The notes: generated by a model not told the origin, from the letters alone. Positions 28,575-43,009 are shown, counted from the first letter of the stretch. The stretch is DNA of 64,000 bases from Eledone cirrhosa (GCA_964016885.1 OZ024740.1:404116001-404180000), one strand, 5' to 3'. Made by a program: numbers and translations.

Positions 28575-30066
28575 TGTATTTTGGGACTTCTCCAGAACAT
28601 GTAGACACCTCTCGGCCAGACCTCCCTCAAGCTATATGGGGAGTAACAACAGCATAGGTTGGGAACTCCCCTCAAGCCATAGGGTCCCACCCAGGATGAG
28701 CAGACACCAAGATAGCCTAAAGATTGATTCTGACACAGCCTTTCTAATTTGGCCAGCATCTTTATAACACACACACATTTTATTTTATTTTATTTTTCAT
28801 TGATTTTTCATTGATTTTTCATTGATTTTTCATGTTTGATTTTCTTCACCTTATTGCCTTATATTTAAGTTGAGAATGGTTATAACACACACACTTTTTA
28901 TTTAATTATCTTATTTTGTTTTATTCTTTTACCATCTTGTTCCTCCTACCACTTTATCCAACATCTTTCTGACCTTGAGATTGGTTATAGCACACACACA
29001 TTTTATTTTATTTGAATCTTAACTTCTATTTTCCACTTTCCATTCTCATATTTCATTTTTCATTTTCCATTTTCATTTTTCATTTCTCATCTTTCATTTT
29101 TCATTAATTAATTTTTCATTTATTTTCTATTTATTATTTATTTTCTGTTTTCTTCATTTTATTGCCTTCTATTTCTTCATATACATGGCAGACCCCACCT
29201 CCACCACCACGAGAGATGGTGGCAGGATGGGTGAAGAAACACATAGAGATGCTTATAAATGTCAGCAGCAGCAAGACATAGGCTGACCAAAACACAAACA
29301 ACACTACCAAATTAAGGGTAGAGGTCAGATGTACTTAACAATAGCAAAAACAAACACTACAGGGAACCTCACATCAGAAAGAATTTCTATAGACTTTTGA
29401 CTGAGGAATGCTCTCAAAACTGACCAATGGGAGGAGTGAACTTACAAATTTTTATAACATTGAGATTGGGTATAACACACACACATTTTATTTGATTATT
29501 TTATTTGGTTCCTCTACCACCTTATTCCTTCTACCACTTTATCATTTTTTGAGCTGACGCTAACACCGACATCACTACCAACATAAGAGTAGAGGTCAGA
29601 TGTACTTAGCAATAACAAGAAAAACCACTACAGATGGCCTTGCCTCTGAATGAATTTCTATAGAATTCTGACTGAGGAATGTTCTCACAACTGACCAATG
29701 AGAGGAGAAGATGTCCTTTGACACTGAAATTCGTTTGTTTAAATTCATATTATTCCAGTTCCTCAATGAAACAACAACCCAACCAGGAACTGGGCATATC
29801 AGAGTATCGACAAAGTTAAACACCTCAACAACATGTGTACTCGTCTCTACCACACTAATTCGGACTGCCTGAAGAGGTCACAACCAAGGATGGCTGTCAC
29901 CGAAATATATATAGCAGTAATAAACGAAGCTAAATTTTAAACATTTGACTTATTTATTTTATTTTATTTTATTTTACATTACTCCGGAGTAACCAAACCA
30001 ACCTGCGCACTTCGTCGAGTGCTCCAATCTGCATACTAAGGTGTTGGTATACAACCAACATATACT

Positions 30067-30068
<2 letters not shown>
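28575..30068 (+). mobile_element. Penelope-like 3' region with internal sub-repeats and a hammerhead
   Basis: degenerate EH..IW and L.ID.D..LIW endonuclease tail; repeated ttgg.tataacacacacaca blocks; ribozyme at 29864; (TA)n downstream. Confidence 0.6.
29864..29918 (+). ncRNA. type I hammerhead ribozyme
   Basis: actgc-CTGAAGA-ggt..acc-GAAA-tatata-TA-gcagt. Confidence 0.8.
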
Positions 30069-30136
<68 letters not shown>

Positions 30137-30253
30137 CGAAGGAAATGTGGTAAGGAACCAGGTGGACCATAACGCACCAAAGTACTCAATACTTGAGGTA
30201 GTAGAGTGGGTAATAGGAACGGCTTGAGCTCAGCTGTCGGGGTCTTACTGGTT

Positions 30254-30354
<101 letters not shown>

Positions 30355-30440
30355 GTGGTACACAACAGTTAGTTCACCATACCGAGAACAATTGTTTCAC
30401 CTTAGTCCTTGTCCTTCCTGTTCCTATAACCATGTCCATT

Positions 30441-30480
30441 CCGAGCTGAGGATCCGCTAAGGTGAAACAATTGTTCTCGG
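30441..30480 (+). ncRNA. minimal hammerhead ribozyme inside a fold-back insert (30351-30575)
   Basis: ccgag-CTGAGGA-tcc-gctaa-ggt-GAAA-caattg-TT-ctcgg; 30351-30405 is the reverse complement of 30457-30511. Confidence 0.75.
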
Positions 30481-30612
30481 TATGGTGAACTAACTGTTGT
30501 GTACCACTTCTACCTAACTCGTCCTATGGACTGAGTGCTCTACCACTACGAATATTACCTTCCAGTGTTCCACCACTATATATATATATGTGTGTGTGTG
30601 GGGTGGGGGGTA

Positions 30613-30679
<67 letters not shown>

Positions 30680-31182
30680 AAATGTGTGTGTGTGTATGTA
30701 TATATATATATATAATATATATATATTTGACATTGATATGGAAAGCCCTTGGTCTTGTGGTTGACGTTGCTTTACTTCAGTACTAAGCGCTATTGGAATT
30801 AATATGTTACACACCTTGATTTAACACTTCTTGACATAGAGAGAAGCTCCAGCCATATGGATTTCTAAGCTCAGAAAGACTTTAAACTGAATCTATATTT
30901 ACGAGTACATATCTGGCGGAGAATTGTCTGAGTCGTTAAAACATCAGATAGAATGCTTAGCGGTCAGGTTTGCCTCTTATCGATTGAAAAATGTACCAGT
31001 ACAATGCTAGGGTCGGTTTTTCCTTCATACCGCTTTCTCAATTATATTTAATTTATTATTTAATTGTTTCTCAATTCCTCTCAATATCTCTTCTCTCTAT
31101 CTTTATCCCTCTCTTCCCCTCTTTCCCTCTCTCTCTCTCTCTATCTCTCCCTCTATCTCCCCTCTCTCTCTCTCTCTCTATC

Positions 31183-31231
<49 letters not shown>

Positions 31232-31812
31232 AAGGGACCAGCTGTGTTCAGATTTGGAGAGGGGCTGGGGCTCCATCAAGTTTGAAATGTCCAAGACACC
31301 GTATATCACGATGCCACTCCTACGACCTCATTAAGATTTATGTGTTCATACTTACATACGTTGACTTTGCAGTCATAGCTTTATTGCAATATCCTGTTTG
31401 ATTGGATTCTCGCGGAAATTATCCTTTTACTGTTAGTCTCTTTATTATTGATATTATTATGATGAAATGGAAACAAAAACAAACAAAACAATGGACGAGT
31501 TGCTGTCCGGCAATTTACTGATAATGCAATATTTACAATAGTTCCGGAAATGTTATGATATATACTGCTAGTGTACACTTTGATAGTGTTTCCGTGTCCG
31601 TCTCACACTCTTTTGTTTTCTTTATTTCTAAGAAAGACCGGTGTTTTGATGATTGTCGGTTTGTATGTGAAGGTGTGTTGCTTAGTGGTTAAAGAGCTGG
31701 ATTCATTGTCACGAAGTTGTCAGTTCGATTCCGAGACTGGTCAATGCGTTATGTCCTTGAGCAATTCACATTGCGCTTTCTGTCGGGATTTGTGACCAGT
31801 AGATGATATCAG

Positions 31813-31990
31813 TAATAATTGTTTCTACTTTTGGCACAAGGCCAGCAATAAACCAGTGTATTACTGGTACTTTATCGACCCCGTAAGGATGAAAGGCAAA
31901 GTTAACCTCGGCGGGATTTGAACTCAGAATGGCAAGGGCCATAACTCTATGCGTCAAAGCATGGTGTCCGACCCTCTTCCGGTACTGCTA
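31813..31990 (-). mobile_element. tRNA-derived SINE
   Basis: reverse complement of the SINE core and tail. Confidence 0.8.
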
Positions 31991-32077
31991 ATGGAAACAT
32001 TGTTTCCTTGATCCAATCTGGAAGTTCCACCCCACTCGGTAACTGAATGAGGTCTGGGATCTTGTCGATGATTAGAG

Positions 32078-32194
<117 letters not shown>

Positions 32195-32308
32195 ATGTGC
32201 ATGTGTGTGTGTGTGTTTATGTATGTATATGTATGTATATGACAGGTCATTCTTTATTTTTACTTGTAATATATAACCCAGTAACATGGTCGGGCCCACA
32301 GTGACAAA

Positions 32309-33506
32309 ACAAACAACCCTATCAAACGTACTGGATGATGAGGGTGATACTTGGATCCCTGAGGTATACAAACAACCCTATCAAACTTACTGGGTGACGA
32401 GGGTGATACTTGGATCCCTGAGGTATACAAACAACCCTATCAAACGTACTGGGTGACGAGGGTGATATTTGGATCCCTGAGGTATACAAACAACCCTATC
32501 AAACGTACTGGATGATGAGGGTGATATTTGGATCCCTGAGGTATACAAACAACCCTATCAAACTTACTGGGTGACGAGGGTGATATTTGGATCCCTGAGG
32601 TATACAAACAACCCTGTCAAACTTACTGGGTGACGAGGGTGATATTTGGATCCCTGAGGTATACAAACAACCCTGTCAAACTTACTGGGTGACGAGGGTG
32701 ATATTTGGATCCCTGAGGTATACAAACAACCCTATCAAATTTACTGGATGATGAGAGTGATATTTGGATCCCTGAGGTATACAAACAACCCTATCAAACG
32801 TACTGGATGATGAGGGTGATATTTGGATCCCTGAGGTATACAAACAACCCTATCAAACTTACTGGGTGACGAGGGTGATATTTGGATCCCTGAGGTATAC
32901 AAACAACCCTGTCAAACTTACTGGGTGACGAGGGTGATATTTGGATCCCTGAGGTATACAAACAACCCTATCAAATTTACTGGATGATGAGAGTGATATT
33001 TGGATCCCTGAGGTATACAAACAACCCTATCAAACTTACTGGGTGACGAGGGTGATATTTGGATCCCTGAGGTATACAAACAACCCTATCAAACGTACTG
33101 GGTGACGAGGGTGATATTTGGATCACTGAGGTATACAAACAACCCTATCAAACTTACTGGGTGACGAGGGTGATATTTGGATCACTGAGGTATACAAACA
33201 ACCCTATCAAACGTACTGGGTGACGAGGGTGATATTTGGATCCCTGAGGTATACAAACAACCCTATCAAACGTACTGGGTGACGAGGGTGATATTTGGAT
33301 CACTGAGTTATACAAACAACCCTATCAAACGTACTGGGTGACGAGGGTGATATTTGGATCACTGAGGTATACAAACAACCCTATCAAACTTACTGGGTGA
33401 CGAGGGTGATATTTGTATCACTGAGGTATACAAACAACCCTATCAAACTTACTGGGTGACGAGGGTGATACTTGGATCCCTGAGGTATACAAACAACCCT
33501 ATCAAA
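32309..33506. repeat. 59-bp minisatellite, 20 full copies plus a partial
   Basis: unit aaacaaccctatcaaac(g/t)tactgg(atgat/gtgac)gagggtgatatttggatccctgaggtatac; exact period 59 from 32311 to 33491. Confidence 0.97.
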
Positions 33507-33764
33507 TAGCAGAACTCATGAGAGTTAACAGCCATCCAGTAACATGTATATATGCTTGTCTATACATATGTAGATTTATTTACATTTATGTCTAAATACA
33601 CAGGATGAATTAGAGGTTAGTTCCAAAAATCTCATGAGACCATCATCAAGATACATATGATAAATACGACTCTGCTACATGTATCGAGTCACCCAATCAG
33701 TATGTGTTTATTGTTATTTCGATACCTATAAATCAACAAATACCAACATTAACATCACTATATA

Positions 33765-36490
33765 TATGGGGATTGCTTCATCTTTGCAGATGATTGCCAT
33801 TTCCCTATGCACCGCCATCAACCATTACCAACTCCAACCGTCCGTCCATGACCCTTTAGGTGGCTTTTAAGTCCAACATTAGATTTGCACGGTCTGCAGC
33901 AAATGTGACAGACAAAAGATGTGCCCTCCATTGGATTGATTGGGTCAGTTTGTTGGATGTCATTCTTATGTACCCTCATATGCCTTTTAAGACCAGAGAT
34001 TCATTTGCAGATCTTTTTGCACACCACACATGTTGTCTCACCTAGCATTGGAGGCATAGTGCTACATATAGTTGGCTTTTTATGTAATTTTAAATGAGTG
34101 ATGTACCCAGATTTAGAGAGCAGTAAACGACCACACATCTCACAAATCCAGTTCCCTGTGTCCTTATTGAGGTTCATACTGTGGCCTTTTCGTAGCTGAC
34201 GTTTAGGTTTTTCATGGTCAAGACGTCGCTCTTCAAACATTCTGCAGCCTTCCTTCACATGTCCTCTTCACATGTCCACTTCCCAGTTCTGAACTTCAAA
34301 CTCTAGATCTTTAAGGTTCACTTTTATGCAATCCTTATATATTTTTCTTGGTTTGTGCTGAGGGTGTTTCCTAGTGTGAAATTGACTGTAAAATAGTTGT
34401 TTTGGGAGTCTTTCCTCATTCATGCGCACAACAGGGCCTACACAACGCATTTGAGAGAATATGATGGTAGAGTCAATGCTCGTGCACTTTTGATTAAAGT
34501 GTTCAAGCAAATTAAGGTGTCTACGATGTACTGTCCACGTTTCTGAAGAGTACAACAGAGCACTCAGAATGCTGGCCTTGTACACACTAATCTTGGTCTT
34601 GATATTGATACCATGATCGGCCCACACTCTCTTTTCAAGTTTTCCGAAAGCTACAAAGGCCTTCTGAATGCTCAGGTGTATTTCTGCATCCAGTGAACCA
34701 TCCCTTTATAATGCACTACCTAGGTAAACAAAAGTGTCAACTAGTTGCATACACCATAATATTTGGCTCAATATATGCTTCCCCTGGTGATGGGTTGAAC
34801 AATACCTTGGTAATTTTTGGATTAACTTTGATGCCAAAGGCATTACAAGGAGCTGCAAAACAATCCATGATGTGTTGCATGTCATCTTGAGAGTGAGCCA
34901 GAAAGTCAACATCGTCTGTCTACATGAGTTTTCTAATTAATATTTGGAACAACTTGGATTTGAAATTGAACCCTCTTAGGTCAATGATCCTTCCTGTAGT
35001 TCTAACTTGCAATAGAACACCCTTTGTACAGTCCTGGAATGCATCACAGCAAAAAATATTGAAAACAGTGTGGGAGCCGGGATATCTCCCTGCTTCACGC
35101 CATTATCAACTGGGATTTCATTGGACAATTTTCCATTCAAGACAACCCGAGCCTTCATATTTCCCTAATATTTTCCACAGTGCATATTTGTTCACCGTAT
35201 CAAAGGATTTTGTTAGATCAATAAAAACCTGATACAGAGGAACCCGCTGCTCAATACATTTCTCCTGAATCTGCCTTACAGAGAACATCATATCAATCAT
35301 CCCTCAGCCAGATTTAAAGCCACTTGTCATTCAGGGATTACTGTGGGAGAAATGTCCTCTATCAACCTGCTCAACAATAATATAGCAAGAACTTTACCCA
35401 CAGACTCCAACAGAGTGATGCCACGGTAGTGATCGCAGATTCCTTTATTCCCTTTACCTTTAAATAAGGTCACCAAGATACCATCTATCCAATCTTGTGG
35501 TATAGGAACTCCAGTCCAGCACTCTGTGATGATATGGAGTATTGTTTGTGTTATGTTCTTATTACCAACCTTTAACAATTCCACAGGGATTCCATCTGAT
35601 CCAGGTGCCTTAGCTATGTTTAACTGGTTGATGGCCATTTTAACCTCATTATAATCTGGTAATCGATCCATTTTAAAATTTACAACACATTGGGTGATGC
35701 CATCTAGCACATCATGAGCAACTGACGATGGATTATCAAATAAATCAGTGAAATGTTCTTGCCAACGCTTATGGATTTTCTCTAATTCCTTGATGATATC
35801 ACTGTCGTCTTTGGACCTTATGGGAACAATAGACAAAGTTGTTGGACCATATACTGCACGCAAAAGACTATACAACAATTTTTAATCCTATGCGTTATAA
35901 GCACTTTGAATATCTCCAGAGTTCTTCAACCACCATTTATTTTTAAGCCTTCTCAGCTCACGTTGTTAGGTGACTTTATATTCTTTGTATGTCTTTTTAA
36001 TAGCAGTTAAATTCGCAGGCCACACTCCAAGAAGCTTTTCATAAAGAACATGTTTTTTTCTTTAATAGTTGTCTGATAATCGGATTATTTTCACCAAACC
36101 AGTCTTTATGTTGTTTTTTCGGCCTGAAACCAAGTTTTTCTGCTCCTGCTGTATACATTTGATCCCTGAAGTTTATCCACGTTCCATCGAAGTCAATACT
36201 ATTCAAAGATTTATTGGGTGTATCCAGATAATTTCATGTTTCTTCTTTTGGCGGGAGAATGTATTGCAAATTGCTAGATTGAGTTCCGAACAGAGTTTAA
36301 GCAGCTTCAAACCATTTGGCATTCATCTTACCGATGACTTAATGGCCTAGTGAATCCCATGTCTCATGGTCTCTGCCATCTCAGGCATTGAAATCACCAA
36401 GAATGATCGCTATTTCTTTGATTGGAGTAGATGCAATTGTACCACGAAGGGATTGATAGAATGACATAATACTTTCTTCACTGGCCTTTT
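33765..36490 (-). pseudogene. degenerate RTE LINE (end of the APE endonuclease, RT, C-terminal C2H2 fingers, 3' UTR)
   Basis: ILGDFNA, KAPGSDGIP, YRGITLL, QIQEKCIEQ..FIDLTKSFD, GVKQGDIPAP, ERLPKQLFY, CEMCGR..H..H. Confidence 0.9.
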
Positions 36491-36501
36491 AAAACTTTTA
36501 A

Positions 36502-36574
<73 letters not shown>

Positions 36575-36576
<2 letters not shown>

Positions 36577-37800
36577 TACAAGTTAATATATATTAATATA
36601 TGATAAACACATACGTGTTTGTATTGTAAGAGACAAAGTTAGCTAGAATGAAATAAACTAATTAAAATGAATACAGTTTGTCTGTCTCGATATAAGTCAA
36701 TAAAGACAAGCTTATATTGGCAAAAGCCGTGATTCCTGGACAAATTTAAATTTCAAAATCCAAACCTGCTCCGTAGATGAATTTGAACTTCGAAACCTAA
36801 ATATGTTTCGCAACGATGGTATAAAAATTGAAATATAAAAAAATTGAAATATAAAAAGTGAAATATTCAAATCTTCTGTGCTTATCAACAGGAATCCAGT
36901 AAAATTAGTACATTTCACCTCCAAAAATTTTGCAGGACTGATTCACACGTGGTATAATCAACTATACTAGCCATCCCATACTCCCAGTGCTAGAAATAAC
37001 AGCCGTTTATATGGGATTAAAAATTAGCTCTACAGTTAAGGAGCAATAATATTATATTATATTTAGAGTTTAAACTCAAAGTCAATTACAATTAATCAGC
37101 TCAAAGATAGAAGCATTTCCGAGCAGTGAAATACAAGTTAATATATATTAATATATGATAAACACATACGTGTTTGTATTGTAAGAGACAAAGTTAGCTA
37201 GAATGAAATAAACTAATTAAAATGAATACAATTTGTCTGTCTCGATATAAATCAATAAAGACAAGCTTATATTGGCAAAAGCCGTGATTCCTGGACAAAT
37301 TTAAATTTCAAAATCCAAACCTGCTCCGTAGATGAATTTGAAACATATTTGAAACATATTTAGGTTTCGAAGTTCAAATTCACCTACATTGTTTAAAGCC
37401 GGTGGCTTTAAACAATGTAGGTCTGGTGGCCGTAAGAATCATTTATTATCTGACAGATGAAAAATGTATCACTGTAGTGAGGATAGTAATATTTGTGGTG
37501 CTAGGTTCAATATTTGTGTGGTCTATATTAGATGAAAGGGTTGTCTAGCTTTCTCATCATCAATAACATACATGTATAAGACAACATTAACCAGAGTAGC
37601 AATATAATAGGCAAGTTAATACAGAGGTTAATATAGACCACACAAATATAGACCACACAATATAGACCACACAAATATTGAACCTAACACGACAAATATT
37701 GCTATCCTCACTACAGTGATAAATTTTTCATCTGTCAGATAATAAATGATTCTTACGACCACCAGACCTACATTGTTTAAAGCCACCGGCTTATCTTTAC
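36575..37800. repeat. composite (TA)n-flanked insert: ~225-bp direct repeat (36575/37112) followed by a fold-back (37383-37790)
   Basis: direct and inverted matches visible in the sequence. Confidence 0.8.
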
Positions 37801-38366
37801 ACTATATATAATACACCCCATGACAGCTTTTACATGTCAATTTTATACATCTGCCTCATGTCAGCTAGTTTTACACGCTAAAATCGTAGATATACTATAT
37901 TTCTCACTTAGATTGATGTGATTATTTCAAATAATTTATTGCTAGCATTGTTAGTATTGTTGTTATTGTTCTGATTGAATGCCATTACTACTATATATAG
38001 TAGCCATGCCTGTATATTCCTTTCATTCACACAAGGTCCGATGAATTGACTGGTTACAACTTTGTATTGGTGATCGAATGACGTGAAAACAAGCGAGTAG
38101 CGATCTCTAGACATACCAGTTCAGAGAAACAATTGTCAGCAATGAGATTAAAAACCTTTTTTGTATAGCAAACAGTGTCACTCTTCTTTCCTGATTTATC
38201 ATTACTCCAAGTGTTTACAACATAGAAATTACAGCGTACTCGCAGCATCACTATGGAAACGCCTTGTTGAGTCAAACTTAGCCAAGCGTTGATATCATCC
38301 ACTACTCGGAGTACCATAACTGGACTACACTTAAGTGGACTACCTATAACAATAATCTGTTACCTC

Positions 38367-38411
<45 letters not shown>

Positions 38412-38584
38412 CGGTGAAACCTATTCTATTTTCTAATTTCAAATCTGCTCACTGTTTCATATATATATATGTTATATATATATATATATATTGACAAGTA
38501 AATATGTTTTGAAACATATATATATATGTTGATTTAAAACTTCACTGCTCACAAGTGTTTTTTAAGCTTCATATCATGTCTCCC

Positions 38585-38655
38585 TATTTTATCTGATGAG
38601 AACGCAGATATCATCCCATGATGATATTTGTTTTTGAAATGCGCATAATAAAATA
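38585..38655 (+). ncRNA. type I hammerhead ribozyme
   Basis: tattttat-CTGATGA-gaac-gcagatatcat/atgatatttgt-tttt-GAAA-tgcgca-TA-ataaaata. Confidence 0.85.
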
Positions 38656-38689
38656 CTTGGAACTCTTTTAACCATCTTTGATCTAATAT

Positions 38690-38764
<75 letters not shown>

Positions 38765-39064
38765 TGTATATATATATATATACATACATATATATTTATA
38801 TGTATATATGTATATATTTCTCCTAGAAATTTCAGATAAACTGTATATAATCCAATGTTTCCGCCAACAGCAACGCCTTGCACCAATGGGCTACAGTGTC
38901 CAAAGTATGACGTAAATATAAAACATGGTTTAAATTACTTAGCCATGTGTTGGTATTACGTTTGACCTGGTCTTGACTTGCATAAATGTATAAATATGTA
39001 TTTATATATGTGTATATATGCATGTATATATGTATATGCATGTATTCATATGTGTGTATATGCG

Positions 39065-39390
39065 CGGGGAGATGGAAATAATCGAGCTGGATACCTGATC
39101 GCGCGGTTAAACCACTGGGAGTGAAGAACCCCTAGCCTTAGTCAGGGCATTCTTGTAGGAGAAGGCAACTTAGGAAACTGGGTTAACTCCGATATAAAAC
39201 CTGCGGCTCAGTAGTTACCGATGATGTTGATCTTTTCTTCTTTTCGGGTTATAGCTACTGTCGCTCAGAGAGTGGGATTGGCTCAGTGCACAGTCTTACC
39301 TCACTTTTAAAAAAATCTTCACAATTAATATTTATCAATAATGTTATATCGTGCAATGGCCATACTCGATAAAGAGGGGCAGCCATCATA
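39065..39390 (+). mobile_element. RTE-derived SINE-like element
   Basis: similar to 14780-15078(-); tail ggccatactcgataaagaggggcagccatc. Confidence 0.65.
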
Positions 39391-39484
39391 TATATATATA
39401 TGTGTGTGTATGTGTGTGTGTGTAGGTGGTGTATGCATGTATACATATGTGTATATGTATATATACACACACACACTCACGCAC

Positions 39485-39532
<48 letters not shown>

Positions 39533-39534
<2 letters not shown>

Positions 39535-39740
39535 CGAAGGAAGTGTGGTAAAAGGAACCAGGTCGGCCATAACGCACCAGAGTACTCAATACTTAGGGTA
39601 GTAGAGTGGGTAATAGGAAAATGTTCAAGACCCCGACGGCAGAGCTCAAGCCGTTTCGACGGCTATTTCTGGACTGAAATTCTGCGTCCAGAAATAGCCG
39701 TCGAAACGGTTGAGCTTGCCGTCGGGGTCTTGAACATTTT

Positions 39741-39745
<5 letters not shown>
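39533..39745. mobile_element. Penelope-type 3' end with a fold-back palindrome of a half hammerhead
   Basis: 39613-39745 is palindromic; carries GAAAcgg-ttgagctt-gccGTC; relatives at 30135-30257, 47187-47270, 56270-56500 and 57209-57350. Confidence 0.7.
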
Positions 39746-39796
<51 letters not shown>

Positions 39797-39803
39797 AGCG
39801 TAC

Positions 39804-39839
<36 letters not shown>

Positions 39840-40374
39840 ACAGACATGTATATGTATGCTCGTCCATGTCTATAATATGTGTATGTGTGCCGACGTCTGT
39901 GATTGTAAGTGCATGTGAAGTGCTAATTGTCAGTCTGCTACGTAGACAATTATATTCGCCGTTTATAGCATACATGATAATTGAGTCTTTGTACAACTGA
40001 CTTAAGAAGGAACTAACATCTTCAAAAACAAAGAAAAAAAAACCCACCGTAAACTATGTTATCTTTGTGCGTGGTATATGTAAGTGGTGTGTGGTATATG
40101 TAAGTGGTGTGTGGTATATGTAAGTGGTGTGTGGTATATGTGGGCGGTGTGTGTGTGTGTGTGGTGTGGTGTGTGGTGTGTTCTTTTACTGATTATATTG
40201 GCCAATCTCGGTCACCGTCTCTCGGAAACATTATTTATCTTTATCCTTGAATTTATAAATACTTCACATACATAAATAAATAAAGTATGATAAATATATA
40301 AATATGTATGCATATAAGTATGTATGTACGTATGTATGTATGTATGTGTGAGTGTGTGTGTGTGTGCATGTGTT

Positions 40375-40406
<32 letters not shown>

Positions 40407-40574
40407 GAAAAAATCAGTTACAATAGTGGCGTACGCGGATAATTAAGTTTCGTTGGGTTTAACATCAACTTATTCGTGTATTTGATTATACAGAACTCCT
40501 CTCACGGACTGAATGCGCTAAATAAAGTCTTAAACACTTATACAAAGTTTATACTAAAATACACACACACACAC

Positions 40575-40619
<45 letters not shown>

Positions 40620-40699
40620 ATTCCGGGTTGAATCGGAGGTAACCACAGTAAGTAAGGTACTCAATACATTGCAGAGTATAAAAGTTTTAATATAGATGA

Positions 40700-40748
40700 G
40701 ATTCTACAGGACTAGAACTGTTTCATTCTTTAGAAATCATCAGGAATC
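40700..40748 (-). ncRNA. type I hammerhead ribozyme in a ~130-bp insert (40617-40748) between (TA)n tracts
   Basis: minus strand gattc-CTGATGA-tttct-aa-agaat-GAAA-cag-ttctagtc-ctg-TA-gaatc. Confidence 0.85.
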
Positions 40749-40813
40749 ATATATATATATATATGTGTGTGTGCGTGTGTGTGTGTGTATGTATGTATGT
40801 ATGTATGTATATA

Positions 40814-40909
<96 letters not shown>

Positions 40910-40929
40910 GGTGTGTATAACGATATTTC

Positions 40930-41900
40930 TGAAGATGCTTTTTAACAGAAGCCCTTATATGATCCTGTTGTATGGTTGTTGAAAGTCTTTCTTATGTAAG
41001 GCCCACTACATGTATTGCATGATACAACATGGTGTCGGAGAAGTTAGCCAATGTGTATATATTAGTGTTGTGTGGAGTCTATTTTTAGAAAGGAATTTCC
41101 TTAAGAATAACCCTGAACACACCAGTTGTATGATCAGTCCCTCACTGAATTGCTGTAGGAGTTTTTTCCATTAACATATCTCAAATATAGGAAGCACATG
41201 CTATTCCTGCTAGCGTGAACCTTCCTTGGCAGTGTATTGACGTCATGGTGTTCGACGAATTATACTAGATAGTTGTTTTCAATAGGACCTTTTTGGAGCT
41301 GTTTGATGCTGGTGGTATTGTCCATTGCTTCGTCGCATTTGCTGCTTCTCAGGGAGACTTCATGCCATACGTAAGACTTCATTCCGTACGTAGGCTATTT
41401 CGGCTTTTGTAGATAGGGCTAATTCATAGACCACAAAGAGTCGCCTACATATCATTTTCTTTTCAACTTAATGCCCATAGACATTTTCTGTTATTGTCAG
41501 TTGGAAATCGAGTAAGATAGATACGAGTCCCGGTGTTGTTGGGGTGCTTCATTCAAAGTCTATGTCGTTGTTATTGAATTTTTGTTGGGAATTTTATCCT
41601 CAAACTGACACTGAATTACTAACCAAACCCTTCACATTTAATTCTATTTCCACCTAGCTATTATGTACTGCAGCTTATAAATTTTCTCGACATACTTTGC
41701 AACAATAACAAATCTGTCGAACTGATGAATGATTTGTAGGGTTTCGATGGTGAAGTAATGATGAGAGACTACTAAGTTATTGTACACAATTGTCCATTAA
41801 CTGGCGGAGAAAATAGAATTGTTCAAAGTATAAATAACCCATACACATCATCCATACGAAAAACAATCGTTGAGTTAATGTTAGCATATTTAATATAAAC
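40930..41900 (-). pseudogene. possible highly degenerate reverse transcriptase fragment (Penelope-like?)
   Basis: FRMDDVWVI (YxDD-like) at ~41835-41862; otherwise riddled with stops. Confidence 0.35.
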
Positions 41901-42837
41901 AGCACTAAAAGACTAACTAGAAATTATTATGTGTCAAGGAAGAAAACAATATTTCAGTGACTTACATTATTAATCAATCATTTCGGCAAGTGCGAGAGAC
42001 ATATTTCGATATATTTCAATGGCTATATCAACGAAACATAGACATCTGCGTACTAACCGAAGCAGAAAAGGTGAATCTCATTGTGCATCAATGGATAGCC
42101 ATAAAAATAGAATTGTTTAGATGTTAAACAAGTCTAAACTGCTATTCACCAACTTAGATATCAAAATATAGTTTGTTTGTTTGTTTGTTATACATGTGCA
42201 TCATATTTGTAATAGAGAAAACAGTTTGATTGATTCACTGAGATATTTTAGACATCAAATATATACAATTTCTGGTGGAGAGTGACTTAAATGAATGTGG
42301 TGAAACATGATATATTCAATAATAAAGGTAAGAAAGAAGATGGAATACCAGAAATACCTTAGAAACAAGACTAAATAGAAGGAACATCATTTAAAAGTAA
42401 ACAAAATACTGCTGCCGTTCTTCAGGGGACTAAAAGCGAACCCAATGAAATATATTGAGGTACCATGTTGTTCACAGTACACAATATACCAAATAAAAAT
42501 GTGTTTCACTGTATATACAAATATCAGATGTTACAAAATGTAACGCACACAGTACATTTATAAATATTAGAAAAAGTGTATATGTACAGCCAAAAACAAT
42601 TAACGTGGCTAGACATAGCTATACCATAGTTAATTATTATATCGGGAATGGTGGTTTTGTAACAAAAGCCAAGTATTGTCGTATTGTCTCATTTAGATCT
42701 TTCCGATAGATGTTCTAAGCCTTCGTGCAGCCTGGGCACAAAATTATTGAATAACACATTTATGCACGAAACCGCATTTCTCAGGGGGTGGCTGATGAGG
42801 AAGGATAGGCTTTTTTGTCATACGTGTGTAACATTAC

Positions 42838-42955
<118 letters not shown>

Positions 42956-43009
42956 TATATATAAGATATTATGCAAGCAAACTAATATATGTATATATAT
43001 ATATATATA

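Noticed and set aside
32309-33506. CRISPR array
   Set aside because: Units are contiguous near-identical repeats with no unique spacers; eukaryotic context and no cas genes
36780-36900. Hammerhead in the 36575-37800 insert
   Set aside because: GAAA is present but no canonical CUGANGA or closing stems could be assembled
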